In this document: in pieces, positions 49,483 through 59,235 of the stretch | How the letters are laid out: every line of letters starts with the position of its first letter | How positions within the stretch are numbered: position 1 is the first letter of the stretch | NCBI GenBank assembly: GCA_963666515.2 | Contig: OY762897.2 | Span: 3,008,001 to 3,072,000 of the forward strand | Direction: 5' to 3' | From: Candidatus Binatia bacterium | GTDB lineage: Bacteria; Desulfobacterota; Binatia; UBA9968; JAJDTQ01 | DNA: 64,000 nucleotides | Made by a program: the position numbers and the translations under genes | Notes under the pieces: model-generated | Databases searched by the model: none | Told to the model about the DNA's origin: nothing | The model's input: only the letters and a program-made list of their open reading frames with translations

Positions 49483-52400
49483 TGGACAAACCGTTCAAAT
49501 ACGTGGAGCGCACCTGCACCGAAGTTACGGAGAATCCTGGTGGCGCGGACCGAACCGAAGATCGGACCGAATCCAGACCTCTTTCGCACTACCGCGATCA
49601 GGGTGCCTACGTACTGTTGGGAGCGCCCGGTGCCGGCAAGACGGAGGCGTTCAGGCATGAAGCCGGAGAGCGAGGATTCTGTGACGCGCGAGATTTCACG
49701 ACGTTGCGCCACGAGCGCTGGTCGAACGTGACCACCCTCTTCATCGACGGTCTGGACGAAATGCGGGCCGGAACGACCGACGGGCGAACCCCGCTCAACG
49801 CGATTCTATGGAATCTGGACCAGTTGAGGGGTCGCCGATTCCGATTGTCCTGCCGTGAAGCCGATTGGTTCGGCGCGGCTGACCGGAAGCGCCTCAATTC
49901 GGTATCGCCCGACGGCGTTGTCAAAGTCTTACGGCTGGATCCGTTGACCGACGAAGACATCCGAACGATCCTGGACACCTATCCCCAAATTGACGATGCC
50001 GATGAGTTCGTCGCCCAGGCCCATGGCAGAGGTCTGGACAGCCTGCTCAACAACCCTAAATGCCTTGAGATGCTAGTGCGAGCGGTCTCGGCGCAGCACG
50101 ACGGCGCGTGGCCGGATACACGGACCGAGGCATTCGACCTTGCCTGTCGAGCACTCGTTCAGGAACACAACGACGAGCACAATCTCGCGGAACGGGACCA
50201 TCGCGACATCTCCGGTCTGCTCGATACGGCGGGACGGCTATGCGTCGTTCAACTGCTGACCGGCAGCGCAGGATACCACAGGATCGGCAACCAACCAGCA
50301 ACCGACTACATCGCGTTGTATAACCTTCCGAATGCGAACACTCTTCGCGTCGAACTTGGCAGCAAGCTCTTCCGGTCGCCAGCCGATGATCGCGTGGTCC
50401 CGGTCCACAGGCACGTCGCCGAGTTTCTCGCCGGGCGCTACCTTTCCAGACTCATCGACGACGGTCTCCCCGTGCAACGAGTGCTCGCCCTCGTGACTGG
50501 AGAGGACGGCCGCACGGTCTCAGCGCTACGGGGCTTGGCGGCTTGGTTTGCCGCCCACTGCAAGGCCGCCCGCCAGGAGATCGTCGAACGGGATCCACTC
50601 GGCGCTATCCTTTACGGTGACGTCAGGAGTTTCTCCGTGGAGGAGAAAAGCTTCCTGCTGACGTGCCTGGAACAAAGCGCCGCGCGCGACCCGCGGTTGT
50701 TCGGAGCCATGCTTGATCTGGATTCTCGATGGGAGGACCTTGCCACCCCCGACATGGAAAAGACGTTTAGGGATATCTTGACAGCACCGCAAGGAAGCCA
50801 AGGAGAACAGACGGTGGTGTTGGCGGTGCTTCAATCGCTTCAGCGTGGCTCGACTATTTCCCACCTGACGTCCATGTTGCTGGACATCGCCAGAAACGGA
50901 GCGTGCTGGTCCCAAGTGAGAGACACCGCGCTCACAGCCTACATCCGACAATCGGACGACCCGGACAAGCGGGATCGTGAATTGAAAGCACTGTTAACCG
51001 AGGTTCATGAGGGCTCCGTATCCGATCCTGACGACCAACTGCTTGGGTACTTGCTGAGGGAACTCTATCCACGAACAGTGCCGTCGGCAGAAGTGTGCCG
51101 CTACTTGCGGGAACCGAGGATGGAGAGCCTCATAGGATGGTACTCGTTTTTCTGGGAGGAAGATGTTGCGGAACAATCGACGGACCACCAACTGGCCGAG
51201 GTGCTCGACTCTCTCGTGGAAACCTATCGTGAGCGGGGATGGACAGGCGACGCCAGCGGGGCATTGTCTTACTGGTTGCGCACAATCCCGGCTAATCTTC
51301 TGGCCGCTTTCATGGAGCGATCACCTGAGGTTGACAACGAGAGATTGTTTGCCTGGCTCGGCTTGACAGCGCAGTACACCAGTGCAGACCACAGGGTCAA
51401 CAACTGGCTTAGCGATAATCCAGATTCCTGCAAGCAATTGGTCCGTCTAGCTGCGGATCGCTATCCCGACCCATCCCAACTTGATCACGAAATTTTCATC
51501 CGCCTGCTCTACGCCGTTGAGCCGCCAGACTTCGGTGCATGGTGCCTCGCCCAAGCGGCAAAAACGGAAACGAACACGGAGGCGGCGAAGGAGTTTTTCC
51601 TGCGCCAAGTCATCGCCCGGCAAGATCAAGAAGGAATCTCCGACGAAGTCGTGGAACACCGTTTGGCCCATGAACCAAGCCTCGTGGCGCAGCACAAGGA
51701 GCAGCGACAAAACCGCGAACACGAAACGTCCAGGATCACGTCCAAGCGAACTGAACTGGAACAGCGGCGAGAGACCGAAGCAAGACAACGGCGGAGGGAA
51801 TGGCGCGACTTGGTCAAGGTTCACGAATTCGAATTGCAAGAGAACCGGGCAGCCCCTGTGCTCTTGCACCGCTTGGCGTCTGTCTACATCGGACAGTTTG
51901 TCGACGTACAGGGTCCCGCAGGGCAGTCTCGCCTTTACAACCTCTTGGGTGACGACGATCTAGTTGAACTGGTCATCGAGGCGTTTCGTGCCTCTACCAC
52001 GCGAGCGGATTTGCCCGACGCAACCGAGATCTTTCGTCTCGCAGACGATCAGAAACATCATTTCCTGATGTTGCCGTTCCTGGTGGGCCTCAATGAGATA
52101 CCCTCATCTCGTCCCGGCAAGGCTCCGCTGGACGAACAGGGAATGCGCCGCGCGCTGGCGTTTCGCTTCAATGCGCCTGACTTCTGGAACCAGGAACCAG
52201 AGTGGTACCGGGCCGTACTGAAGTCCCGCCCCGAGCTTGTTGCCGACATCCTGGTTCGAGCCGTTCGCGCCGATCTGCGACGGGGTGCGAATTCAGGTCT
52301 CGGTCTTCATGAACTGAGTCACGACAACAACTACTTACCGGTTGCGGAAATTGCAGTGACGCCGCTGCTGGAATCCTTCCCAACCCGTCTCAAGGTCGGG

Positions 52401-53588
52401 CAACTGCACGTATTGAAGGTGTTGCTCCAGGTCGCGTCTCGTCAAATCAACCGCCACGACCTATTGAGGATTGTTGAGAGCAAACTGGCCCTTCGCAGCA
52501 TGGACGTCGCACAGCAAATGTACTGGACTTGTGCGGGTCTGCTCTTGAAACCAGCACTCTTCACTGACCGGTTGCGGAAGAAACTGGCCGGTCGAGGCCA
52601 CGAACGTCGTGTCAGACACATTGCGGAGTTCCTTTACGACCGCAACAACTCCTCCATTGAGGAGCTCAGCGTTCCGGTCGTTCCGTCAATAGAGGCACTT
52701 GACGTCCCCGCGCTGGAACTCCTAATCAAGTCCCTCGGCAACTCTTACTGGCCTTATGGTTGGGCTGACGACAATACTGCGGTGGCACAAACCACGACTC
52801 ACAAGAATACGGACCATACAAGTTTCGTTGTTGACGGGCTCATCAACACCTTGGCTTCAGAGACCTCCCACGACGCTACGAAAGTGCTCGAACGCCTGTC
52901 CGCAGACGCCACGCTACGGCCTTGGCGTTTCACGCTACAGGACGCGTTGAGCCGGCAACGCGAAGTGCGCCGGGAAGCCGACTTCCGCCACCCGACTGTC
53001 GAACAGGTGCAGGAGACCCTCGACAACCGCCGGCCCGCCAATGTCGCGGATCTGGCGGCGCTCGCCATGGATGTTCTGGACGATTTGGCAAGGAACATAC
53101 GCCACGGGAACACTTCGGATTGGCGGCAGTACTGGAACGTGGATTCGTACAATCGTGCGCAGGACCCAAAGCCGGAGGACGCCTGCCGCGATGCGCTACT
53201 TTCTGACCTGAAGGCACGACTCGCTCCCTTAGGCGTCGACGCCCAGCCCGAAGGTACTTACGCCGACGACAAGAGAGCGGACATTCGCGTCTCGTGCGAC
53301 GGATTCAACGTGCCGATCGAGATCAAGAAGAGCACCCACGACGATCTGTGGAGGTCCATCCGCGACCAACTGATCGCCAAGTACACACGCGATCCGGACT
53401 GCGACGGTCACGGCATCTACCTCGTCTTCTGGTTCGACCGCAACCCGTGCAAACGCCCGCCAACCGGGCCGGTGCCGGAGACTCCTGACGCTCTGCGCGG
53501 CCAACTGCTCGCAACGGCTAACTTCTCCACTGAGGAACGCCAGAAGATTTCCATCGTCGTCATCGACGTGTCCAACCCAGAGCGCTAG
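49482..53588 (+). CDS. Large STAND/NACHT-like NTPase with C-terminal PD-(D/E)xK nuclease
   Basis: LLGAPGAGKT, LFIDGLDE, LSCR, NNPKCL, HRHVAEFLAG; long helical middle; C-terminal KRADI...PIEIK...QL-x3-Y...GIYLVFWF. Confidence 0.8.
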   Translation: MDKPFKYVERTCTEVTENPGGADRTEDRTESRPLSHYRDQGAYVLLGAPGAGKTEAFRHEAGERGFCDARDFTTLRHERWSNVTTLFIDGLDEMRAGTTDGRTPLNAILWNLDQLRGRRFRLSCREADWFGAADRKRLNSVSPDGVVKVLRLDPLTDEDIRTILDTYPQIDDADEFVAQAHGRGLDSLLNNPKCLEMLVRAVSAQHDGAWPDTRTEAFDLACRALVQEHNDEHNLAERDHRDISGLLDTAGRLCVVQLLTGSAGYHRIGNQPATDYIALYNLPNANTLRVELGSKLFRSPADDRVVPVHRHVAEFLAGRYLSRLIDDGLPVQRVLALVTGEDGRTVSALRGLAAWFAAHCKAARQEIVERDPLGAILYGDVRSFSVEEKSFLLTCLEQSAARDPRLFGAMLDLDSRWEDLATPDMEKTFRDILTAPQGSQGEQTVVLAVLQSLQRGSTISHLTSMLLDIARNGACWSQVRDTALTAYIRQSDDPDKRDRELKALLTEVHEGSVSDPDDQLLGYLLRELYPRTVPSAEVCRYLREPRMESLIGWYSFFWEEDVAEQSTDHQLAEVLDSLVETYRERGWTGDASGALSYWLRTIPANLLAAFMERSPEVDNERLFAWLGLTAQYTSADHRVNNWLSDNPDSCKQLVRLAADRYPDPSQLDHEIFIRLLYAVEPPDFGAWCLAQAAKTETNTEAAKEFFLRQVIARQDQEGISDEVVEHRLAHEPSLVAQHKEQRQNREHETSRITSKRTELEQRRETEARQRRREWRDLVKVHEFELQENRAAPVLLHRLASVYIGQFVDVQGPAGQSRLYNLLGDDDLVELVIEAFRASTTRADLPDATEIFRLADDQKHHFLMLPFLVGLNEIPSSRPGKAPLDEQGMRRALAFRFNAPDFWNQEPEWYRAVLKSRPELVADILVRAVRADLRRGANSGLGLHELSHDNNYLPVAEIAVTPLLESFPTRLKVGQLHVLKVLLQVASRQINRHDLLRIVESKLALRSMDVAQQMYWTCAGLLLKPALFTDRLRKKLAGRGHERRVRHIAEFLYDRNNSSIEELSVPVVPSIEALDVPALELLIKSLGNSYWPYGWADDNTAVAQTTTHKNTDHTSFVVDGLINTLASETSHDATKVLERLSADATLRPWRFTLQDALSRQREVRREADFRHPTVEQVQETLDNRRPANVADLAALAMDVLDDLARNIRHGNTSDWRQYWNVDSYNRAQDPKPEDACRDALLSDLKARLAPLGVDAQPEGTYADDKRADIRVSCDGFNVPIEIKKSTHDDLWRSIRDQLIAKYTRDPDCDGHGIYLVFWFDRNPCKRPPTGPVPETPDALRGQLLATANFSTEERQKISIVVIDVSNPER

Positions 53589-53624
53589 GCTGGCGCCTTG
53601 GCGTCCTATTCGGGAAGACTTAGA

Positions 53625-53653
53625 TTGACAGCATTTAGATAAACTGCTAGCAT
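53625..53653 (+). promoter_or_regulatory. Sigma70 promoter and operator of the TA operon
   Basis: TTGACA-17-TAGCAT overlapped by TGACAGCA-N11-TGCTAGCA. Confidence 0.65.
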
Positions 53654-53683
53654 TCATGCCGGTCAAGAGGATGGGAGGGGCGC

Positions 53684-53941
53684 ATGGCGAGTTTGAGCAT
53701 ACGTCGCCTGGACGATGAAATCGTGATGCGGCTGAAGATTCGCGCGCAACGTGAGAAGGCGTCGCTGGAGGAGACCGTGCGGCGCATCCTTCGCACGGCG
53801 GTCGTGGACGAAGAGCCGGTGGGTACGATGATTCGCCGGATCGTGGGAAATGACGGCTACGACCTTGAACTGCCCGAACGCGAATTCGACGAAGCCATCG
53901 ACTTCACGTCGGCCGACTACGGCCGTGACGACTCCCAATGA
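53684..53941 (+). CDS. FitA-like ribbon-helix-helix antitoxin
   Basis: MASLSIRRLDDE...LKIRA...SLEETVRRIL; acidic tail; ATGA overlap with the toxin. Confidence 0.85.
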   Translation: MASLSIRRLDDEIVMRLKIRAQREKASLEETVRRILRTAVVDEEPVGTMIRRIVGNDGYDLELPEREFDEAIDFTSADYGRDDSQ

Positions 53942-54348
53942 TTCTGCTGGACACCAATGTCGTATCGGAAAGCATGCGCGTGGAACCGGACAGGCGCATC
54001 ATCCAGTGGTTGGATCGGCAGCCTACATCCGGGTTGTTCATTTCCGCCATCACCGTAGACGAAATCACCTTCGGAATTGCGATACTGCCATCCGGACGAA
54101 GGCGCAGGCGGTTGGCCGATGTGTTCGCACGAATCATGGATGTCTTTGCGGAGCGAACCCTGTCGTTCGACGCCGCGGCGGCTGCCGAAAGCGCGAAGTT
54201 TCGGGCGCAACGGCGCCTGAATGGCAAACCCATGAGCCTTCCCGATTCGCAAATCGCGGGCGTGGCCAAAAGCAACGGTTTTGCCTTGGCGACGCTGGAC
54301 ATCCAGGACTTCCAGGGAATCGACCTCACGGTGCTGGAGCCACGTTGA
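53938..54348 (+). CDS. vapC: VapC/FitB PIN-domain toxin
   Basis: ILLDTNVVSE, SAITVDEI, DSQIAG, LATLDIQDF. Confidence 0.92.
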   Translation: MILLDTNVVSESMRVEPDRRIIQWLDRQPTSGLFISAITVDEITFGIAILPSGRRRRRLADVFARIMDVFAERTLSFDAAAAAESAKFRAQRRLNGKPMSLPDSQIAGVAKSNGFALATLDIQDFQGIDLTVLEPR

Positions 54349-54400
54349 GTCCGCTCATCGACGTGTCGAAGCCTGGGCCGCAATCTGATAGCCTGCTCTC

Positions 54401-56737
54401 ATGACCGAGAAGATCCGCACCTACTGCGCCATGAGCAAGTCCCGGTGCGGGGTGGTGGCGACGGTGGAGGACGGGCGCTTCGTGCGGCTGGAGCCGGACG
54501 CGGACCATCCCAACCGGGGCATCTGCATCAAGGGGCAGGCGGCGCCGGAGCTGGTGTACGACCCGGAGCGGCTGCGTTATCCGTTGCGGCGCACGACTCC
54601 CAAGAGCGACCCTGACCCGCGCTGGGAGAGGGTGGGCTGGGACGAGGCCATGGGGGAGATCGCGGAGCGGCTGGGAGCGCTACGGGACCGCTACGGCGCG
54701 GAGTCGGTGTTCTTCTACCGGGGTGCGTCGGGCGGGAGCGCGTCCGCGGAGTACGAACCGTGGCTGATCCGTTTCGCCAGCCTGTTCGGAAGCCCCAACA
54801 CGGTGTCCACCGGGCACATCTGCAGTTGGCACAAGGACAACGGGTCCCGTTACACGTACGGAACCGGCATTCCGAATCCCGACTTCGAGAACACGGCCTG
54901 CATCCTGCTGTGGGGACACAACCCCAACGCCTCCTGGCCCACCCAGGCCATCCGCATTGCCGCGGCGCGCAAGCGCAGCGCCCGGCTCATCGTCATCGAC
55001 CCGCGGGCGATCCCGCTGGCGCGGAAGGCGGACCTCTGGCTCAAGGTGCGTCCGGGCACCGACGGGCTGCTGGCGTTGAGCTTCCTCAACGTGATGCTCG
55101 CGGAGAAGCTGTACGACGAGGACTTCGTGCGCGACTGGACCAATGCGCGGCTGCTGGTGCGGGAAGGCACGGGAGAGGTGCTGACCCAGGACATGGTGAC
55201 ACGCGGAGGGTCCCCGAAACGGTACGGCTTCCGTAACGCCGATGAAAACGAGGTGGCGTTCCATGACGCCGCGAACCCGCAGCCGGTTTCCCATCCGGCC
55301 CTCGAAGGCGCCTTCGAGATCGCGTTTGCGAACGGAGCGGTCGAGCGGGTCACGCCGGTGTTCGAGCTGCTGAAACGTCACCTGAGCCAGTACACGCCCG
55401 AAGCGACCGCTGCCACCACCGGGATCGATCCGGACCTCGCCCGCCGCGCGGTGCGCCTGTTCTGCGCCACGCCGCCGGCCTGCTACTACAGCTACAACGG
55501 CCTGGAGCAGCACGCCAACGCCATGCAGACCAACCGCGCCGTGTGCCTGTTCTACAGCTTCACCGGCAACCTCGACCGGCCCGGCGGCAACGTCCGGTTC
55601 GCCAAGACCCCGGTCAACGGCATGGATGGACGCAAGTTCCTCTCCGCGGAGCAGGAACGGAAGCGACTCGGCCTGGATGCCCGACCCCTGGGGCCCGTGG
55701 CCACCGGCCGGGTGCAGGCATACGAAGTGTATCGTGCGGTGCTGGAGGGCAAGCCCTACGCGGTCAAGGGCTTCCTCAGCTTCGGCGGCGACATCATCAT
55801 GGCCAACGGCGACACGCTCCAGGGACGGCGCGCGCTCCAGCAGCTCGACCTGTACGTGCAGACCGACTTCTACGAGACCCCGGCCGGTCGTTACGCCGAC
55901 TTCCTCCTGCCCGCGGCGACCTCGTGGGAGGACTGGCACGTGAAGGCATCCTTCGACCAGGGGGCCGCCACCAGCACCTGGCTGCAGCACCGGGCGCCGG
56001 TGGTGGAGCCGCAGTTCGAATGCCGCTCCGACGCCGGCATCCTGTTCGACCTGGCGGGCAGGATGGGCTTCGACGAGCAGTTCTGGCGCGGCGACCGGGA
56101 AGCGGCCCTGGACGACATGCTGGCGCCCTCCGGCGTCACCGTGGCCGAGTTGAAGAAACATCCGGGCGGCTTGTCGATGCCGCGGGAGACGCGCTACCGC
56201 AAGTACCTGGAGAAGGGATTCGATACGCGCACGGGGCTGGTGGAGATCTACTCCGTCCCGTTTCAGGAGCACGGCTACGCGCCCTTGCCGGACTACACTC
56301 CGAGCGAAACCGGGTTCGGCGCCGAGGTGGTGCGGGACTACCCCTTCACCCTGACCACGGCCAAGGCCATCCACTTCTGCCACGGACAGCACCGGTCGCT
56401 GCCGTCGCTCCGGGCGAAGACGCCCGAGCCTCTGGTGGAGATCAACCCCGAGGACGCGGAGAGTCTCGGCATCCCGGCGCAGGCGCCGGTGCGCGTGGAG
56501 ACCAGGGTCGCCGCGGTTACCATGACGGCGCAACTCAATCCCGAGCTTCCCCGCAGGGTCGCCCGTGTCATGCACGGCTGGTGGCAGGGCTGTCCCGACC
56601 TCGACCTCCCCGGCTACGATCCGTTCAGCGCCGACGGCGCCAACGTCAACCTCATCATCGACAACGACGTCATCGACCCCATCACAGGATCGGTGCCGCA
56701 TCGCTCCTACCCCTGCCGGATCGGCCTCGCGGGATAG
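54401..56737 (+). CDS. Molybdopterin-dependent oxidoreductase (DMSO reductase family)
   Basis: C-x2-S-x3-C...CIKG, RLRYPLRR, GHIC ligand region, WGHNP, VIDPR, RPGTD, ADFLLPA, VEINPEDA. Confidence 0.92.
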   Translation: MTEKIRTYCAMSKSRCGVVATVEDGRFVRLEPDADHPNRGICIKGQAAPELVYDPERLRYPLRRTTPKSDPDPRWERVGWDEAMGEIAERLGALRDRYGAESVFFYRGASGGSASAEYEPWLIRFASLFGSPNTVSTGHICSWHKDNGSRYTYGTGIPNPDFENTACILLWGHNPNASWPTQAIRIAAARKRSARLIVIDPRAIPLARKADLWLKVRPGTDGLLALSFLNVMLAEKLYDEDFVRDWTNARLLVREGTGEVLTQDMVTRGGSPKRYGFRNADENEVAFHDAANPQPVSHPALEGAFEIAFANGAVERVTPVFELLKRHLSQYTPEATAATTGIDPDLARRAVRLFCATPPACYYSYNGLEQHANAMQTNRAVCLFYSFTGNLDRPGGNVRFAKTPVNGMDGRKFLSAEQERKRLGLDARPLGPVATGRVQAYEVYRAVLEGKPYAVKGFLSFGGDIIMANGDTLQGRRALQQLDLYVQTDFYETPAGRYADFLLPAATSWEDWHVKASFDQGAATSTWLQHRAPVVEPQFECRSDAGILFDLAGRMGFDEQFWRGDREAALDDMLAPSGVTVAELKKHPGGLSMPRETRYRKYLEKGFDTRTGLVEIYSVPFQEHGYAPLPDYTPSETGFGAEVVRDYPFTLTTAKAIHFCHGQHRSLPSLRAKTPEPLVEINPEDAESLGIPAQAPVRVETRVAAVTMTAQLNPELPRRVARVMHGWWQGCPDLDLPGYDPFSADGANVNLIIDNDVIDPITGSVPHRSYPCRIGLAG

Positions 56738-56833
56738 CGGTGGCGCCGGCAGCCATACTTTCACCGCGCGCGAACGCGCGTTAACCTGTTCCCAAGGGCA
56801 GCCTCGCACCCCTTGAAGGAAGGAGGACCTCCA

Positions 56834-57265
56834 ATGACGCCCCGAAAGACTCTGAAGACTGCGGTCGCCGCGGCTGGACTGTTCGCCCTGAGCCTGCTCG
56901 GAACCCAGTTGCTCCCGGATGCGTCCCAAGTCCACGGCCAGGAGGCGGCCAAGAGCCGGCCCGCCGTGAAGTACGTTTTCACGGTGGACTATCCCCTGGA
57001 CGGCAAGGACAAGTATATCGCCTGGGTGAAGAGCGTCGCCAAGGGCCTCACGGCTCCCGCGGAAGTGCGGCGCATCACCTCCTACGACAGCTATTTCGGC
57101 GCATCGCCGCACCGCGTCGTGGAGTTCGAGTTCGACAGCATGGAAGACGCCGGCAAATATTGGGCGAACGAGAAGGTCAAGGCCGTCTTCGAGAACGTAA
57201 CCGAGTACGGCCTCAACGGAAGACTCCAGGTATTGATATTGCGGAGCGACTACTTGCCCAAGTAG
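56834..57265 (+). CDS. Exported hypothetical protein, dimeric alpha-beta barrel (EthD/DUF1330-like)
   Basis: AGGAGG RBS, signal peptide, RVVEFEFDSMEDAGKYW. Confidence 0.65.
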   Translation: MTPRKTLKTAVAAAGLFALSLLGTQLLPDASQVHGQEAAKSRPAVKYVFTVDYPLDGKDKYIAWVKSVAKGLTAPAEVRRITSYDSYFGASPHRVVEFEFDSMEDAGKYWANEKVKAVFENVTEYGLNGRLQVLILRSDYLPK

Positions 57266-57284
57266 CGCCCCAAATGCCGGCGGA

Positions 57285-57554
57285 TCAGAACGGCAGGCTG
57301 TGCGTCCTGGCGCTGTTGCAGGGCTTGCAACTCGGGACGACGTTGCCCTTGGTGCTCCTGCCGCCGCGTATGATGGGCACGAGATGGTCCATGGTCAACT
57401 CGCGGGCCGGAAACCGCCCGCCGCAGTGAGCGCACACCCCTTTGCCGGTCCGGTTCTTCCACCACTGGCTGTCACGCAGCTCCCGGGCCTTGCGGCGCTC
57501 GCGGCGAATGTCTTCCTCGGATACCGATACGAGGAAAGAGTCGTCCGAGGTCAT
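57285..57554 (-). CDS. Small HNH endonuclease
   Basis: SQWWK, CAHC, TMDHLVP, GG-x-STKGNVVPSCKPCN. Confidence 0.88.
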   Translation of the reverse strand: MTSDDSFLVSVSEEDIRRERRKARELRDSQWWKNRTGKGVCAHCGGRFPARELTMDHLVPIIRGGRSTKGNVVPSCKPCNSARTHSLPF

Positions 57555-57555
57555 G

Positions 57556-57747
57556 CTAGAGGACCTTGTTCCTGAGGGACCGGAAATAGACCGCGAAGCC
57601 CACGGCGACACCGAGGTACAGTACGCTCCGGGCCAGCGCCCAGCCTTCGCCGGCGCCGAAGTAATTCGTCAGCTCCCATCCGCTGAAGAAGATGAAGAAG
57701 GCGATGGACGTCCCGATGAGTATCCTGTGGGCGGTCATCAGTCTCAT
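57556..57747 (-). CDS. Small two-TM membrane protein
   Basis: GGAGG RBS, two hydrophobic helices, 63 aa, ends just before the HNH start. Confidence 0.65.
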   Translation of the reverse strand: MRLMTAHRILIGTSIAFFIFFSGWELTNYFGAGEGWALARSVLYLGVAVGFAVYFRSLRNKVL

Positions 57748-57833
57748 GGCTCATGCCTCCCGGTACAAGTGTACCCTCATCGTCCTGTTTCTAGTAGATT
57801 TCGGGGAATTCCAACAGGCTGCAAGGAGACAAC

Positions 57834-58214
57834 ATGACCATGGAAGTGATTCAAACCAACAAGGCGCCCGCCCCCGTCGGCCCCTACGAGCAGGCCATCA
57901 GGGCCAACGGGTTCGTGTACACCGCGGGGCAGATCGGACTGGAGCCGGAGTCCGGCGAACTGGTTGCCGGCGGCGTCGAGGAACAGGCGCGCCGGGTGCT
58001 GGACAACGTCACCGCGGTCCTGGAGGCGGCCGGCACGTCCTGGGACCGGGTCGTCAAGACGACCATCTACCTGAACGACATGGCGGACTTCGGCGCGGTC
58101 AACGTCATCTACGAGGGCTACCTGGGGTCCCCCAAGCCCGCCCGCACCACGGTGGCGGTTGCCGCGCTGCCGAAAGGAGCGCTGGTGGAGGTGGACGTGG
58201 TGGCGCTGGCGTAG
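57834..58214 (+). CDS. RidA family enamine/imine deaminase
   Basis: APAPVGPYEQA, AGQIG, VVKTT, PART, LPKGALVE. Confidence 0.93.
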   Translation: MTMEVIQTNKAPAPVGPYEQAIRANGFVYTAGQIGLEPESGELVAGGVEEQARRVLDNVTAVLEAAGTSWDRVVKTTIYLNDMADFGAVNVIYEGYLGSPKPARTTVAVAALPKGALVEVDVVALA

Positions 58215-58228
58215 CAGCCTGTCCCGGC

Positions 58229-59137
58229 TCATTCTTTGCCGAGCTGCGGGTCGTTCCGGTCGCCGGCGGCGATGCCCTTCTTCGGGGTGCCGTCCGGGTC
58301 GAGGTAGTCCTGCCATACGTGCGCGGCCTCGAACCCCAGCACCCTGGCTGCCTTGGTCACGTCGAGGCCGCCCCAGTGTCCTGAATAGCCCTCCCTGATC
58401 CTGGTGCCGGGGATGTATCGCCGGACCAGGTCGCCGGTGGGCTCCGGATACCGGCTGGTGGCCGCGGCGATGTTGAAGACCTCGTGTCCCGAGAGCGGCG
58501 TTTCGATGGCCAAGCGGCACGCGACCGCGGCGTCCCGGGCATCCACGTAGCTCCAGAACGTGCCCATCTTCGCCCCGGGGTCGGCCCATCGCTCCGGCAG
58601 CGTGGCGTAGGTCGGGTCGAAGTTCACGCCGCTGAACCGAAGGCTGACCACCGTGACATCGCTGTACCGCGTAACCGAGTCGGCAAGCTGCTCGCCGAAC
58701 ACCTTGGACAGCGCGTACGGGTCCTGGGGCCGGCAGGGGTACACCTCGTCCAGGGGCAGGTAGTCGGGCTCCCAAATCGTGGGAGCATAAAGGAACCCGT
58801 AGGCAGCGATGCTGGAAGCGCACACGACGCGCGGAACGCCCAGGTCCACCGCGGCCTTGAGCACGTTGTAGGTGGCGGTGACGTTATTGCCGAAGGTCTC
58901 GCAGTCGGGCGCCAGGTTGGGGGCCTGATACGCGCCGAGATGCACGACGGCGCCCGCGCCCCTGAAGGCCTCGTAGAGGTCGCCCGGGCGGCATAGGTCG
59001 CAGAGCCATGAATCGCACAGCCTGCTTGGCGGCGGCACGATGTCCAGGCTCAGCACCTCGTAACTGTGCTCGAGAAGGTGGCCGATGGCCTGCTGTCCGA
59101 GGAGGCCGCTGCCGCCGGTGACTACGACCTTTGGCAT
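58229..59137 (-). CDS. NAD-dependent epimerase/dehydratase
   Basis: VTGGSGLLG, VVHLGA, ASS, YALSK, YVDARD; start trimmed to ATG 59137. Confidence 0.9.
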   Translation of the reverse strand: MPKVVVTGGSGLLGQQAIGHLLEHSYEVLSLDIVPPPSRLCDSWLCDLCRPGDLYEAFRGAGAVVHLGAYQAPNLAPDCETFGNNVTATYNVLKAAVDLGVPRVVCASSIAAYGFLYAPTIWEPDYLPLDEVYPCRPQDPYALSKVFGEQLADSVTRYSDVTVVSLRFSGVNFDPTYATLPERWADPGAKMGTFWSYVDARDAAVACRLAIETPLSGHEVFNIAAATSRYPEPTGDLVRRYIPGTRIREGYSGHWGGLDVTKAARVLGFEAAHVWQDYLDPDGTPKKGIAAGDRNDPQLGKE

Positions 59138-59180
59138 CTGTGAGGTATCCACATACGAACCCGTCGGACCCCTCTCCCCG

Positions 59181-59211
59181 CCTGGATTCCGGGTCAAGCC
59201 CGGAATGACGG
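59181..59211. repeat. Family B palindrome
   Basis: CCTGGATTCCGGGTCAAGCCCGGAATGACGG. Confidence 0.8.
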
Positions 59212-59235
59212 ACAGGAGGGAGGACCCGCGTCGCA

